Source: Trichodelitschia bisporula
Taxonomy: Eukaryota
Assembly: GCA_010356995.1 (NCBI GenBank)
Contig: ML996690.1
Coordinates: forward strand, 561,420-625,419
Length of the DNA: 64,000 nt
Direction of reading: 5' to 3'
Shown here: positions 23,931 to 35,238 of the stretch, one piece after another
How the letters are laid out: every line of letters begins with the position of its first letter
Position numbering within the stretch: the stretch's first letter is position 1
Position numbers and translations under genes: made by a program
The notes under the pieces: model-generated
The model's input: the letters and a program-made list of their open reading frames with translations, nothing else
Databases searched by the model: none
Told to the model about the DNA's origin: nothing

Positions 23931-26871
23931 GTTTGCGCAAAAATTGATAAATGAGTGACTTGAAGTTGGAGCAAAAAGGAAATGGACGGAAGATCCGGCT
24001 TAAGTCGTGTCCAGCAGTGCGGGGGGGGGGCGCTTGTTTCTTTCAAAGAGTGACTTGGGTATGTTCCCTAACAAAGCGATATCAGACAAGGTGGAGAGAG
24101 AGTGAGAGAAGAAAGAGCGCGGATTCACGATGGAGCAGGGTGTAAGTCTTATGCACGCATGGCCAACGGCGGAGAGAGCCCAGTTCAGAGAGGAGGACAT
24201 ATTTTCTTGCTAGTACTACAACGGGTATGGCTAGCCTGGTGGGCGGGAAATGAGATGAAGGGCAAGCGCACACAAAGGAGCCAAAGGAGCCCAAAGGAGG
24301 TACGTCTGCCACGATCCGCCATGATCCATGAGGGTGGGATATGTGGATGGGCCATTTGGACATGGGGGTTCGGAGTGTCGACGCTTGTCGTCGTAGGCGC
24401 AGCATTACCGTTTGCTTGCCGACATCTCATTTCCCGCGCGGCCGAGTGCTAGAGTTGAGGTTGGCCGGGGCGCCAGCCACACTGGGGGGGAGTTTGAGGT
24501 GGAGGCAGTGTGGTTGGCCTGCCGACGGGGCGCTCATCATGCTGAATGCTAATCACGCGACCAATTGGACGAAAGGATGGTGGCTTGACACATGGAAGAC
24601 AAAAAGGCGTTTAGGTACGTGGAGAGCAAGTATCTCGACCTGATTGATGGCTCGTTGTGAGCTGTGAATCTGTGAGGGAAATGGAAAGGCGAGTTACAAA
24701 CTCAAGATGTTCTTGTCGTCGCGATGCCCTTGATTGGTGTTGCTATCCCCTTGTGCATCTCCCCCTGTTGTCGTTTGTTCGATCGTCCCTGGGCCAGTCG
24801 CCAGTCAACTTCATCCAACCCCACCCCTCCCCCTGGTCTTCCTTCTCGCCCCTCCAACCACGACGGACCATTTCCCCTTTGCCCATGAAATTGCTTCAAA
24901 AAGGCGCTTGCAGCGAACCAGTTATCACGTACTGCGCAGTCCGGGAAGTCGCATATCACAGCAGATTGATTCCTGGGACAAGACAGACCAGATGCGAATT
25001 ATTCCAGAACCTCATCAAAAGTCGTCATTTGTCTCTCCCTCTCCACTTTATCGCACTGGGCAACTGGTGCCGCTCTGATCTCCGGCGGTCGCGCACAGAT
25101 GAAGGTAATACGTCTATTTGGACGACACGCGCCAGGCCCTGAGTCCGTCTCCTATCGCCAGCAACCCTGACTCAACCATGCTCAAATCCTCTCCTCCGAA
25201 ATTATCGTCTCTTCAATTCCCCTTCTCTTCCAGTCTTTCAATCGTCATGCGAAAGCTTCTTCATCTCATGCAGAGCCAAGCTTCCACCCCCGTTGTGATG
25301 GTCTCGACAAATGCCATGTCGGTGCTTCCCGCCCCGTTGTGTGTTCAGCTCTCCTCTCCGAACTCCGGACTGTCTCTCCCTGTTGTGATTGACTCAAATC
25401 ACCACACGCCGCGCGGGTGTGGCGATGTGGCTCCTTTCACGCTTCCCCACGCCAGCACGCGCCAACCTGCCCGAGCCACCACAACCCACGCTCCAGACAG
25501 CGCCATCGATAGGCGCACACTGGCCCAGTATCGGTGCCTATCATCTCGCAATCTTAAACTGGGCTCGCCGTTGCTTGGTGGCATGCACTGCAATTGAGAT
25601 AGGTTCTTGCCACGGAGTACAATTTGACCGGCTATCTCCTCCTTTTTCGCTTTTCCCAATCGCTTCAATTCCTCACGTTTGTGAGAACAACCGTTTCGCG
25701 AAACAAATCTTCACCAGGAACCGCGGTTCACCAGTTCCCTTGGCGTTTTGCGCGAATGTCCCTGATGCCAGCCGCCCTAGAGCCGCGATGCATCTCCCGC
25801 CAGGGGTCTCAATCCCACTGTCCCCGTCGCACACATCGCGCACGCAAACCGCATCTCCCCGCGTTCCACCCGATTGCGTCGCATGAACTGAACTGAACAC
25901 TGGCGACTAACGTAACCGCAGGCGCGCGGCGAAGTCATTGTCAAACCATTGCCAAAAATATCGTCATCCGACGCGCCCGCCGCGCCTGAAACCCGGGCCT
26001 GTGCGCCGTGTTTCCCGCGAGCTGACGGGCCGCTTGCTGGGCCGAGACCGATCGGCCGCGGGTTTCGCGGGGCACGGACACGCCTTCCTGTGCGGGGAAG
26101 GTGAACGCGGGGTCTCCGCCGATGGCGATAGTGCTCTCGTATCTGTAGTAGTCTCAACGGCCCGGCGCAAGTTCGATTGGCTCTCCCCCTGAGTTAAGCT
26201 ATTGTGTCGGGACCTTGACATGTGCAAACAGGCTTCTGACGAAGGGCACGCGACTTGCGATTCAGGGAGCTGGCGTGGACGGCCAGTATCAGCCAACGCC
26301 TTTGACGAGGATCGTGCATATCCTCTGACGGATCGCTTGCAGGGCCTCAGCCTTGGGTGAGGTTAGCGGTTCTTCTTTCACATGGGCAATGGAAGGTATC
26401 ACTACCTTTTGGCCTCGTCCTATGTGGTATATTTTGCATCAGCAGATGGAATATGAAATGGTCGGGTCTATGTCATTGCGTATCGGGGAAGCGATTCCAT
26501 TGTAGTTGGTGTGTGTTGTACGGGGAAGGCTTCACCTTGATGGGATACGGAGTAGTTTTCGTTCGAACAAAATCAGAAGGAACTGAGGAGCCTAGTCTGA
26601 GTGGCACGCTGATATCTCCAATTCCATACCCATCCTGCTCGAGATCTGGGTGGCGACATCACCTAACATGGATCCAGCCTTGCATGAGGAACATCCATAG
26701 GAGGCCTTCCCCGTCCATAGCCGTATGAGACTGCAGCCTCGCGACCTCCCAGTGTCCCGGCGAGAGATTCAGCCTTCGGTACTCCTCGTTCAGCAGAGCC
26801 GCCCAGGCCGCACCCACAGCATATGCCAAAAAACCGAAGGCGAGAGGCCGGCTGGCCTCTTCGCAACGGGC

Positions 26872-26876
26872 AAAAA
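26872..26876 (-). terminator. Pol III oligo-T terminator of the tRNA gene
   Basis: TTTTT on the minus strand a few nt after the discriminator base. Confidence 0.7.
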
Positions 26877-26882
26877 TGTTGT

Positions 26883-26992
26883 TGACAAGGGTGAGATTCG
26901 AACTCACGCGGGTTTCCCCAATAGATCACAGCTGTTTGTACAGCCAAGCTTGGCGCTTGAGACTATCACCTTAACCGCTCGGTCACCTTGCC
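26883..26992 (-). tRNA. tRNA-Leu(CAA) with 29-nt intron (26927-26955)
   Basis: Acceptor stem GGCAAGG/CCTTGTC plus A73; D arm ACCGAGCGGTTAAGGT; loop CT-CAA-G^A; long variable arm GGG-GAAA-CCC; T arm GTGAG-TTCGAAT-CTCAC. Mature length 81 nt. Confidence 0.93.
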
Positions 26993-28487
26993 GATTTGAT
27001 GGAAGCTTTTGCTGAATTTTAAAACATATCCCAACTTTATTTTTAAAAAAGCAAATACAGGATGAACTGAGGCAGCTGGACATCGAGTGGGTTTGCAGCA
27101 TCAACAACATCGTCTGAACGCTCCGGAGAACGAATTTTCCACCGTTGAATATTTCACGAGCATTCTGCGTCTTATCTTCCTCTCGCCCTAGCGTCGCATG
27201 ATACGCCTTTCAGGTCTTCTCCGATGTCTTCCCTTCTTTAAAAAGACCGGCACGTGGTCCTCGACCGCGGGCAAAGTGGCGTCCTTGTACATGCGAGATG
27301 CAGGAAGTAGAGCGGTCAACGCTAGCGCCGTCAGCTCCACCAACCCTGCTCGTCCTACCGATGCTACCCTCGAGACGACATACCATCGCCCATATCCTTC
27401 TCCCACCTGTCCCCGTCTCCAAAATGCCGAATTGTAGTGGGGAAAATTCAGCATTACACGGCCACACCACGCATGTTGCCTAGGGCACTTGAACCGCCGT
27501 GTTCGCTCAACATCGGCCTCCTCCGTCGCCTTCGCCGCCTTCGCCTTCTCACTTGATAGCATTCTGGTTGTGCCCGAGGGATCACACGGTCTCCCGCCTT
27601 CTCCCATGTGCGGCGAGGGGGGTGAGAGGGCTCGCCTACCGTCAGCAGGTTTGAGCATGCTGGAAGCGGGCATTACCCCAGCACCGGAATAAACAGCAGT
27701 TGGGAGACAAGCGGGATGTGAGATGCAGAGGCTAAGGTCTGGCCCCCCGAGGCTGGCCGCTTTCCGCGCTTCTACTGGCTCTTAAACGAGCGCCTCATGC
27801 AGGAAAAGCAGACTACTGCACCTCAACCAGACTAAAATTTAGCGCATTTTGCAAAGTACGGCCAGAGCAAATAGCGCTAGCGTTTCTTACCTTTACCCTT
27901 GCCTACTCTCATGTATCCTGCTTTGCGGGCTGGTGGTGAGTGTCGCCCTTGAGTTCCTCCACGGATACTCTCCTGCCTGGGAAATTGATCAACGAATATG
28001 GCGATCTGAATATTCCCCACACTGCCGTGAGGCTTCGCAGAAACGCTCTTCGGCTCGTACGCTTCGCAAGTTCCCTCGCCTTTCAATAACATGGCATCGC
28101 GCGTCTCTCCCGCGAACAATGCACCCCCCGGAATGCGTCCCATCCCGTATTAAGCAGATATTGACCAGTAACAAAGGCTACCTCCATCGCTGCTCCCGAC
28201 ACACCTAATCCTACGCCCTTGGGGCGGCTGACATCCCCACTATTCGCCTGCAAACAGCCAATTGCGGCGTAATATCTCCGCCATGCGTATCTTGGGTGTT
28301 AGAAGCCCAGCATGCAGCACGAGAAGCAGTCTTTCTCTGGCCCCAGCTCTCTGCCTACTTCTTCATGTCCCCGCCCCTCGCATCGCATCCTGACCTCCGC
28401 TTGCTTTCCATTGACCTTTTCACTTCCCTACATCCAGCCCTACCATTCAAGCCGATCAACCGGATCGCTGGTCTGCCAGGCTGATCC

Positions 28488-31382
28488 ATGGCGTCTCTAA
28501 TAACCACGACAGTGCATGACATCGTCACGAAAACTGTTACCGCAAAGGCAATCTCCAGCGCTGCTGCGCATCGTGCTCCGCCGCAGGGTGGCATCCTCGA
28601 ACATGGCAACCCAGCCGTTTATGATCCGAAGAACCCAATCATTCTCTTCATCATTCAGGTAAGCGCTGCATGCAATATGACCCAATCAATCCTGACTCCC
28701 CAGGCTGGCATCATCATCATCTTCTGCCGTCTACTGCACTATCCGCTTTCCAAGCTGCGCCAGCCTCGGGTGATCGCCGAGGTCATCGGCGGCGTTCTGC
28801 TCGGCCCGTCTGTCATGGGTCGCATTCCCGGCTTCACTAACACCATCTTCCCGAGTGCTGCCATGCCGAACCTCTCGCTCGTGGCCAATTTGGGTCTCGT
28901 TCTATTCTTGTTCCTAGTTGGCCTCGAGGTTGATCTCCGCTTCCTCGTTAGCAATTGGCGTGTTGCTGCAAGTGTTGGTATTGCTGGTATGGTCTTGCCC
29001 TTTGGGCTGGGATGTGCCATCGCGTGGGGGCTGTACAACGATTTCCGGCATGAAGAAGGGACGGTTCCGATTAGCTTTGGCGTGTACATGCTGTTCGTCG
29101 GTGTGGCCATGGCGATTACAGTGAGTCTACCGCCACAGAAGGACATTAGCACCAACTGACAAGTACAGGCTTTTCCGGTTCTTTGCAGAATCTTGGTCGA
29201 GCTCAAGCTCCTCGTAACCCCTGTTGGAGTCATCGTGCTTTCCGCTGGTGTCGGTAACGATGTCGTCGGTTAGTAATCCGCCTCTACCTCACGGCCACGC
29301 TAATTGTTCAGGCTGGATCCTCCTCGCGCTCTGCGTGGCGCTCGTCAACGCCGGCACCGGTCTCACAGCACTCTGGGTTCTTCTCACAGCCGTCGGATTC
29401 GTCCTCTTCCTCGTCTACGCGGTCCGACCCGCTTTCCTGATCATCCTCCGCAGATCCCGCGCCATTGAAGACGGCCCAAGCCAAAGTATCATTGCGCTCA
29501 CGCTCCTGCTCGCGCTCAGCTGCTCCTTCTTCACCGGAGCTATCGGTATCCACGCCATTTTTGGCGCCTTCATGGCCGGTATCATCTGTCCTCATGACGG
29601 CGGATTTGCCATCAAGGTCGCGGAGAAAGTCGAGGATCTGGTCAGCGCCTTGTTTCTGCCGCTTTACTTTGCTCTCTCGGGGCTCAGCACGAATCTGGGG
29701 TTGCTCGATTCTGGCCTGGTCTGGGGCTACGTCATTGGCATCATAGCCGTCGCCTTCTTCGCAAAGTTCATTGGCGCCGCCCTTGCCGCGCGTGCGAACG
29801 GCCTGCTGTGGCGCGAAGCCTTCACCATCGGCTCACTGATGAGCTGCAAAGGTTTAGTCGAACTAATCGTCTTGGTAAGCCCAACCACCCCTCCCATCCC
29901 TACCCACTAACACCGCAGAACATCGGCCTCCAAGCCAAAATCCTCTCCCCCCGCACCTTCACCATGTTCGTCGTCATGGCGCTGGTAACCACTTTCGCCA
30001 CCACACCCCTCACCTCAGCGCTCTACCCGCCCTCCTACCGGCGCAAAGTCGAAGCCTGGAAGCGTGGCGAAATAGACTGGGACACGGATAAGCCTCTCAC
30101 AGCCGACGAAGCCGCCAGCACCTCCGCACCACGCGACAGCCTCGCCTACGAGAAAGTCGCTTCCGCCCAGCTACGCCGCGTGCTTGTATATCTGCGCCTC
30201 GACAACATGCCCCCGCTGCTGGCATTCATGGCTCTTCTAGGCGGTACGCCGCCCCCGGCTTCAGACGTGGTGCACCCGTCGCGCGCTCCCGCCGTTGAGC
30301 CCGATACCCCGGGCTCGCCATCTAAGCCCCCGTTCCGCCCCATCGCCGCGCACGGCGTGCGCCTCCTCGAGTTGACGGAGCGCAACTCGTCCGTCATGCA
30401 GGTCTCAGAGTCAGACGAGTACACTGCCAATGATCCCTTGGTCGGAACTTTCCGCACCGTCTGCGCTATGCACGCCCTCTCTGCGAGCGGCGAAGTCGCC
30501 ATCCTCCCCGAAGACGCCTTCGCTGACGCCCTGGCTTCGCGCGCGGAGACTACGGCCGCGGATATGCTCCTCCTCCCCTGGCCCGTGACGGGCTCGCTCC
30601 CGGACGTCGGGCTTACAAGTCCAGTCCGCGCATCCCCATCCCCTCTCGACCCGCGCTACGAGGGCTTCGTGTCCGAAGCGCTCACCCGCACCACCTGCAC
30701 CGTCGCCGTGCTGCTAGATCGCGGCTTTGGCGGCCCTGGCCCAGCTCGAGGTGCGCTCGCGCGCAGCCGCAGCGTGCGGAGTATTGTATCCATGGCTGGG
30801 CAGGCGGAGCAGCGGCCTGCGGTCCTGAGGCGGGGACACCATGTCCTGGTCTGCTATTTTGGGGGACCGGATGATCGGGCTGCGGTTCGCGTCGCGCTGC
30901 AGGTTGCGGCGAGTGCGTGGGTTACGGTGTCTGTGGTAAGATTTGTGGTTAAGGGGGGGTATTTTGCGCGGGGCGTGGAGGGGGGGACGCCCCGGACGCC
31001 TGTTTTCCCTGCTGTGCCTGCGCTTGTGGGTTCGGGTGTGGTGGGTGGGGATGCGGAAGAGGCGGACGCTGCGTTCTTCAGCACACTGGCTGCGAGCTTG
31101 CCGACTGACCTCGCCGCGCGCGTTGTGTTCGACACGGTGCAGGCGGAGGGCATGCCCGTGGCGCGGGTGCTGGAGCGGGTGGAGGCTGAGATTGGGAAGG
31201 GTGCGGGTAGAGGAGCCGGGGATCTGGTTGTTGTGGGGAGGAATGCGGGATTGGAGGGAGGGTTTGGGCGGGAGGTGGGCGGGCGGAGTGCTGGTAGGTG
31301 TCTTGGGGTTGTGGGGAGGGAGGTTGTTGAGCGGGGACGGGGGAGTGTGCTTGTTGTTCGGGCGGGCGTTGGGAGGGAATAG
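28488..31382 (+). CDS. KHA1: CPA2-family K+/H+ antiporter, spliced
   Basis: [85 protein letters not shown]; four introns. Confidence 0.93.
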
Positions 31383-31640
31383 GGGTGATGATGGACGTTA
31401 GGTGTTTGGGATGGATTATGTAGCTTGATAGCTGATGGCCCCAATCGGGCTTGCGATGATGAATATGTTGTTTCCACTGTTCTAGTAATTGCGTCTGTCT
31501 GGTGAAGGCCCTCCGCCGCTTGAGATAGGCAGATGAGCCAGAGCCTGAAACCATATCCGTGACTGGATGGTATTCCTGAGCGGAGTCTCCAGCCTTGCCT
31601 TGACGTTCAGCCTTGCAAACCGCTACGCCGTGCCTCTAGT

Positions 31641-33785
31641 TCACTGTCCGACGCTCGGGGCGGTAGACTCGCTCCTTGTCTCTGACTGCATCTCATCATC
31701 GCTCGTCTGCGTGACCGCCTTCATCTTCTTCCTCACCGGCTCTTCTGCCTCTGAGTCGGAGTCGCTTTCACTCTCGTCAGAGCTCTCATGAGCCTCCTCG
31801 CTCGTCTGCGAAGCTGTCTTCGCCTTCTTCCTCACCGGCTCTTCTGACTCCGACTCGGAGTCGCTTTCACTCTCATCAGTCTCTTCTTCAGACTCCTCAT
31901 CTTCACTGGCCCCTTTCTCGCTCTCTACCTCCCTCTCCGTCTCGCTCCCTGACTCCGTACCCTCCTCGTCAGAACTCTGGTCAGCCTCTTCGTTTCCACC
32001 AGCGACTCCCTCGCTCGCCACATCCACCTCCATATCCCCCACGCTCTCCGTCTCCGACTCCATGTCCTCCGGGCTCATTTCAGCCTCCCCTTCACCCCTC
32101 TGACCAGTTTCATCGGCTTGTCTCGCCTCTCCCTCAGTCTCTACCACAATCTCATCCTCTCCCTCAATCCCCGTCTCAGAATCATTCGCCCCTTCCATGT
32201 CTTCAGGAACCACACTATCCTTCTCCCTCCCCTTCCTCCTCGGCATCTCCTTCTCAACTTCGCCCTCTGTCTCCGATTCCACTTCCATTTCAGCGTCCTC
32301 ATCCTCGTCCTCCATCTCCATATCACTTCCCCCTTTCTTAACCTCAGACTGCTTCCCACGTTTCGTCCTCTTAACCGACTTCCCCTTATCCCTCCCCCGC
32401 CACCCCCTTCTCGCCACAATCGGCTGCATAAACCCATCCACATGCACCCCATCAACCACATCATCCCTCCCATCATCATCCGCCCTGGCCTGCACCCCAT
32501 GCGCCTCCTTAAGATGCTGCACAAGGCGCTTGCGTAGCTCGAAAGGCCGCGTGTGGCGCCGACATTCAGGCACAGGACACGTCTGATCCAACGGCAGAAC
32601 GTAGCGGGGCGTGTCGGCGTCCACAGTCTCGGTAGCGCTCGGGATACTCGCAAAGTCCATCCGCTCATCGAACAACTTCACACACCGTGCATGAGCCCGC
32701 GCAACAACCTCCGGGTCCCACCCACTCAGACTCGCCATCCCAAGAACTTCGCTCCAGTCCCGCGGATGCGTCCGCTCAAGCCGATGCGGGGCCTTGTGTT
32801 TCTTGGTGCTGGTAGGCACCTCTGTGTCGCTCGAGGATGCCTCTGAGTCATTAGGAACGGCATCCGCGCTCGCCGCGCCCCGGCTCCGGTACTTATCGCG
32901 GCTGACTTCGGTCCTCGACCGCGCTGGGTCGACGTAGTGCCCAAGGCGGGATGTGTGGAGCGCCATGAGGAGGGTGTCGAGCTTGGAGAGTACAGAGCGG
33001 ACAACGGGGTTGAGTAGTTCAGCGCTACGGGCGTCGTCAGCGGAAAAGACGGGGTTTTGGAAGTGGGATTCGTCGTTCTGCACCGGCTCATCTGGGTTGG
33101 TGGAAGGTCCAGCTTCGTTTTCGCCTTCCTCGCTGCTGTACTCGCCTTCCGTGCTGCGAGGAGCGTCCGGTGTAGGGTGCTTCGCGGCCTCGGTCGCGAC
33201 TTCCGCATGCCAGCGCTCCCGCGCCTTGCGCAGCAAGACTGCCTGCAGCACCTCCTCCAGTTCCACGCTCGGCTTCTCCTGCGCCTCGCTGCGCAGGAAA
33301 AATGCCTTCTTCTCCGCGTCGTCGACTTTGTCGAACCACTCCCCCGCCCGGGGAACTTCGTCAGGTCTCAATGGCCATGCGGTCCATGAAGCCGGGACCA
33401 GCTTCTCGCGATCTAGCCAGCGGGCTTTTGCGTGATATGGTTTGACGGCGGAGACTCGGGATAGGCGTTTTAAGGCGTGGGCGCTGAAGAGATGGAGGGA
33501 AAGATCGTTGGCGGTTTCACGTGCTAGCGAGTCGATGAGGCCTCGTTCATCAGATGTCCAGCGTCGCCAAGCTTCCTTTTCACGGTTGAGTGTTGAAGGG
33601 ACGTCTTCAATGTTGGCATCGGATGATTCGGACGCGGGATTGGAGGGAATGGAGTGGGCGTGGGATTGGCCTGGCCGAAGGGGTGAACTAGAACTAGACG
33701 CGGGATTGGAGGGAATGAAGGGGGCGGAGGATGGAGGTGGTAGCGGTGGTGAACTCGGAGATTCCGGGGAGCCAAAGAGCGACAT
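31641..33785 (-). CDS. Rrn9-domain protein (Pol I upstream activating factor-like) with C2H2-like finger and acidic tail
   Basis: 714-aa ORF; DLSLHLFSAHALK...WTAWPL is typical of fungal Rrn9-domain proteins; DWSEVLGMASLSGW; CPVPEC-x15-HLKEAH. Confidence 0.72.
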   Translation of the reverse strand: MSLFGSPESPSSPPLPPPSSAPFIPSNPASSSSSPLRPGQSHAHSIPSNPASESSDANIEDVPSTLNREKEAWRRWTSDERGLIDSLARETANDLSLHLFSAHALKRLSRVSAVKPYHAKARWLDREKLVPASWTAWPLRPDEVPRAGEWFDKVDDAEKKAFFLRSEAQEKPSVELEEVLQAVLLRKARERWHAEVATEAAKHPTPDAPRSTEGEYSSEEGENEAGPSTNPDEPVQNDESHFQNPVFSADDARSAELLNPVVRSVLSKLDTLLMALHTSRLGHYVDPARSRTEVSRDKYRSRGAASADAVPNDSEASSSDTEVPTSTKKHKAPHRLERTHPRDWSEVLGMASLSGWDPEVVARAHARCVKLFDERMDFASIPSATETVDADTPRYVLPLDQTCPVPECRRHTRPFELRKRLVQHLKEAHGVQARADDDGRDDVVDGVHVDGFMQPIVARRGWRGRDKGKSVKRTKRGKQSEVKKGGSDMEMEDEDEDAEMEVESETEGEVEKEMPRRKGREKDSVVPEDMEGANDSETGIEGEDEIVVETEGEARQADETGQRGEGEAEMSPEDMESETESVGDMEVDVASEGVAGGNEEADQSSDEEGTESGSETEREVESEKGASEDEESEEETDESESDSESESEEPVRKKAKTASQTSEEAHESSDESESDSDSEAEEPVRKKMKAVTQTSDDEMQSETRSESTAPSVGQ
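31699..31880 (-). repeat. Imperfect tandem duplication with 99-nt period in the acidic tail
   Basis: gctcgtctgcg...cttcttcctcaccggctcttctg...tcggagtcgctttcactctc begins at 31701 and again at 31800. Confidence 0.85.
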
Positions 33786-34732
33786 GGGTTAGCAAAGTCA
33801 ATGGTGAGCATAGAGACTAGGAGGCAATAATATGGTCGGATGTGGCTGAATGGTGCACTGGACAGAGTCCCCGCCGTTTTTAGATGTAGGGCCACCGAAT
33901 TCTCGTAAGGCTGGGAGTGGTTTGCACACAAGGCACCAATCGACATCTTGTCGGATCAACGAATGTCCGACGACGACGTTCTTGATGCGTCCCTAAATTA
34001 CGCGCTGATCCACGGAACTCATCAAACAGCCGCACCCGTGCTAGTAATATCAAGTGTTCTTATTCCACCTGTATCCACTATCTCCTCTATGAATCCACCT
34101 CAAGGTCGGGATAGTGATGAAGTCCTCTCCCTCCCAATCGCGAAGCTTAGATTACCCGCCCTCCATTGGACTCCAGGTCCTCCTTGCATCCTCATCCCAG
34201 ATCAACTGGTGGACTTGCTTGCGAAGACTGGATCGTGGGCCACCATATGACTTGGATGCTAGCTCACAATCAAGTGTAACGTCTGGATCATGGTCCAAAT
34301 CTACTCGTACTGTAATCCTCACTCATGGTTTAGAACTTGGAACACTCCTTGGATTTGACAACTTTCCCTGCCTCCAGTTGTGCCTAACTGAGATGTGACC
34401 CATCGGATTTGCCGATAGGCAAGGCATTCTGGACTGATCGCATCAATATCGCCTGAATCGCCACGGTCTCAACGACAAGCGAGCAGACCAAGTCTATGAC
34501 TTTAACTTTGACTGGGACCGTGATGTGGATTCACAAGGATAAGTTCAACAGTTGGCCCGAGGTCTGCATACCCTGCGTGATATTGTGGCAGATCTGAAGG
34601 GAAGTCTGAGAGCATAAGAGGTCGACCTTGGCCCATCAGGTCTGGAGCTTTATCCCGGCGACATCACGCTCTTTGCAACAAGTCCGTTTCCATCACGCTC
34701 TCTTACAATCACGCATTTTATCAACCGACAAG

Positions 34733-35238
34733 ATGCGCTTCGCCGTAATATTTGGATATCTCGCCGCCGTTTTGGCCGCCCCCGTGGCTGATCCCGCGCC
34801 CGCTGCGCAAACTTTGGGTGTAACCCTCAGGTACGTTCAGAAAGCACAACCAGACAACTTTAACCCTGCGCAGTAGCCCTTTTGGTAGCTTCCACGCTGG
34901 TAGTGATGGTATCGCTCTCATCCCTCCAGTACCAGCACAACCGAACTCCGGCTGTATGTATGGTCGTAGTCCATTGAAGTTACCCGAGACTAAAGGCTAC
35001 AGGGGGGGCACCGCCGCCACCGCAACCGAGCTCTCCGGGTCTTTGGGATGCCATTACCAACCCCTTTGGTACCTTTCTTGGTTCCATCACTCCCAAACCT
35101 GCGCCCCAGCCGTACAATAACCAACCGTACAACCAGCCTAACAACCCACCATGGAACCAGCCAAACAGTCAACCTTGGAACCAAGGATACTCGCCTAGCT
35201 CCGTAGTTACCATTTACGTCACCCCAACTCCTTGGTAG
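34733..35238 (+). CDS. Orphan small secreted Pro/Asn/Gln-rich protein, 137 aa, three exons
   Basis: Exons 34733-34830, 34874-34953 and 35003-35238 splice in frame (414 nt) through GTACGT..CAG and GTATGT..GACTAA..CAG introns; signal peptide MRFAVIFGYLAAVLA-AP. Confidence 0.75.

Noticed and set aside
24274..24300. Triple AAAGGAG(CC) direct repeat
   Set aside because: Short slippage-type repeat with no spacer structure; not CRISPR-like.
26883..26992. Reading the tRNA anticodon as TCA (opal suppressor or Sec) from GTCTCAAG
   Set aside because: Canonical U33 placement, intron position after base 37, the long variable arm and A73 all give CAA/Leu.
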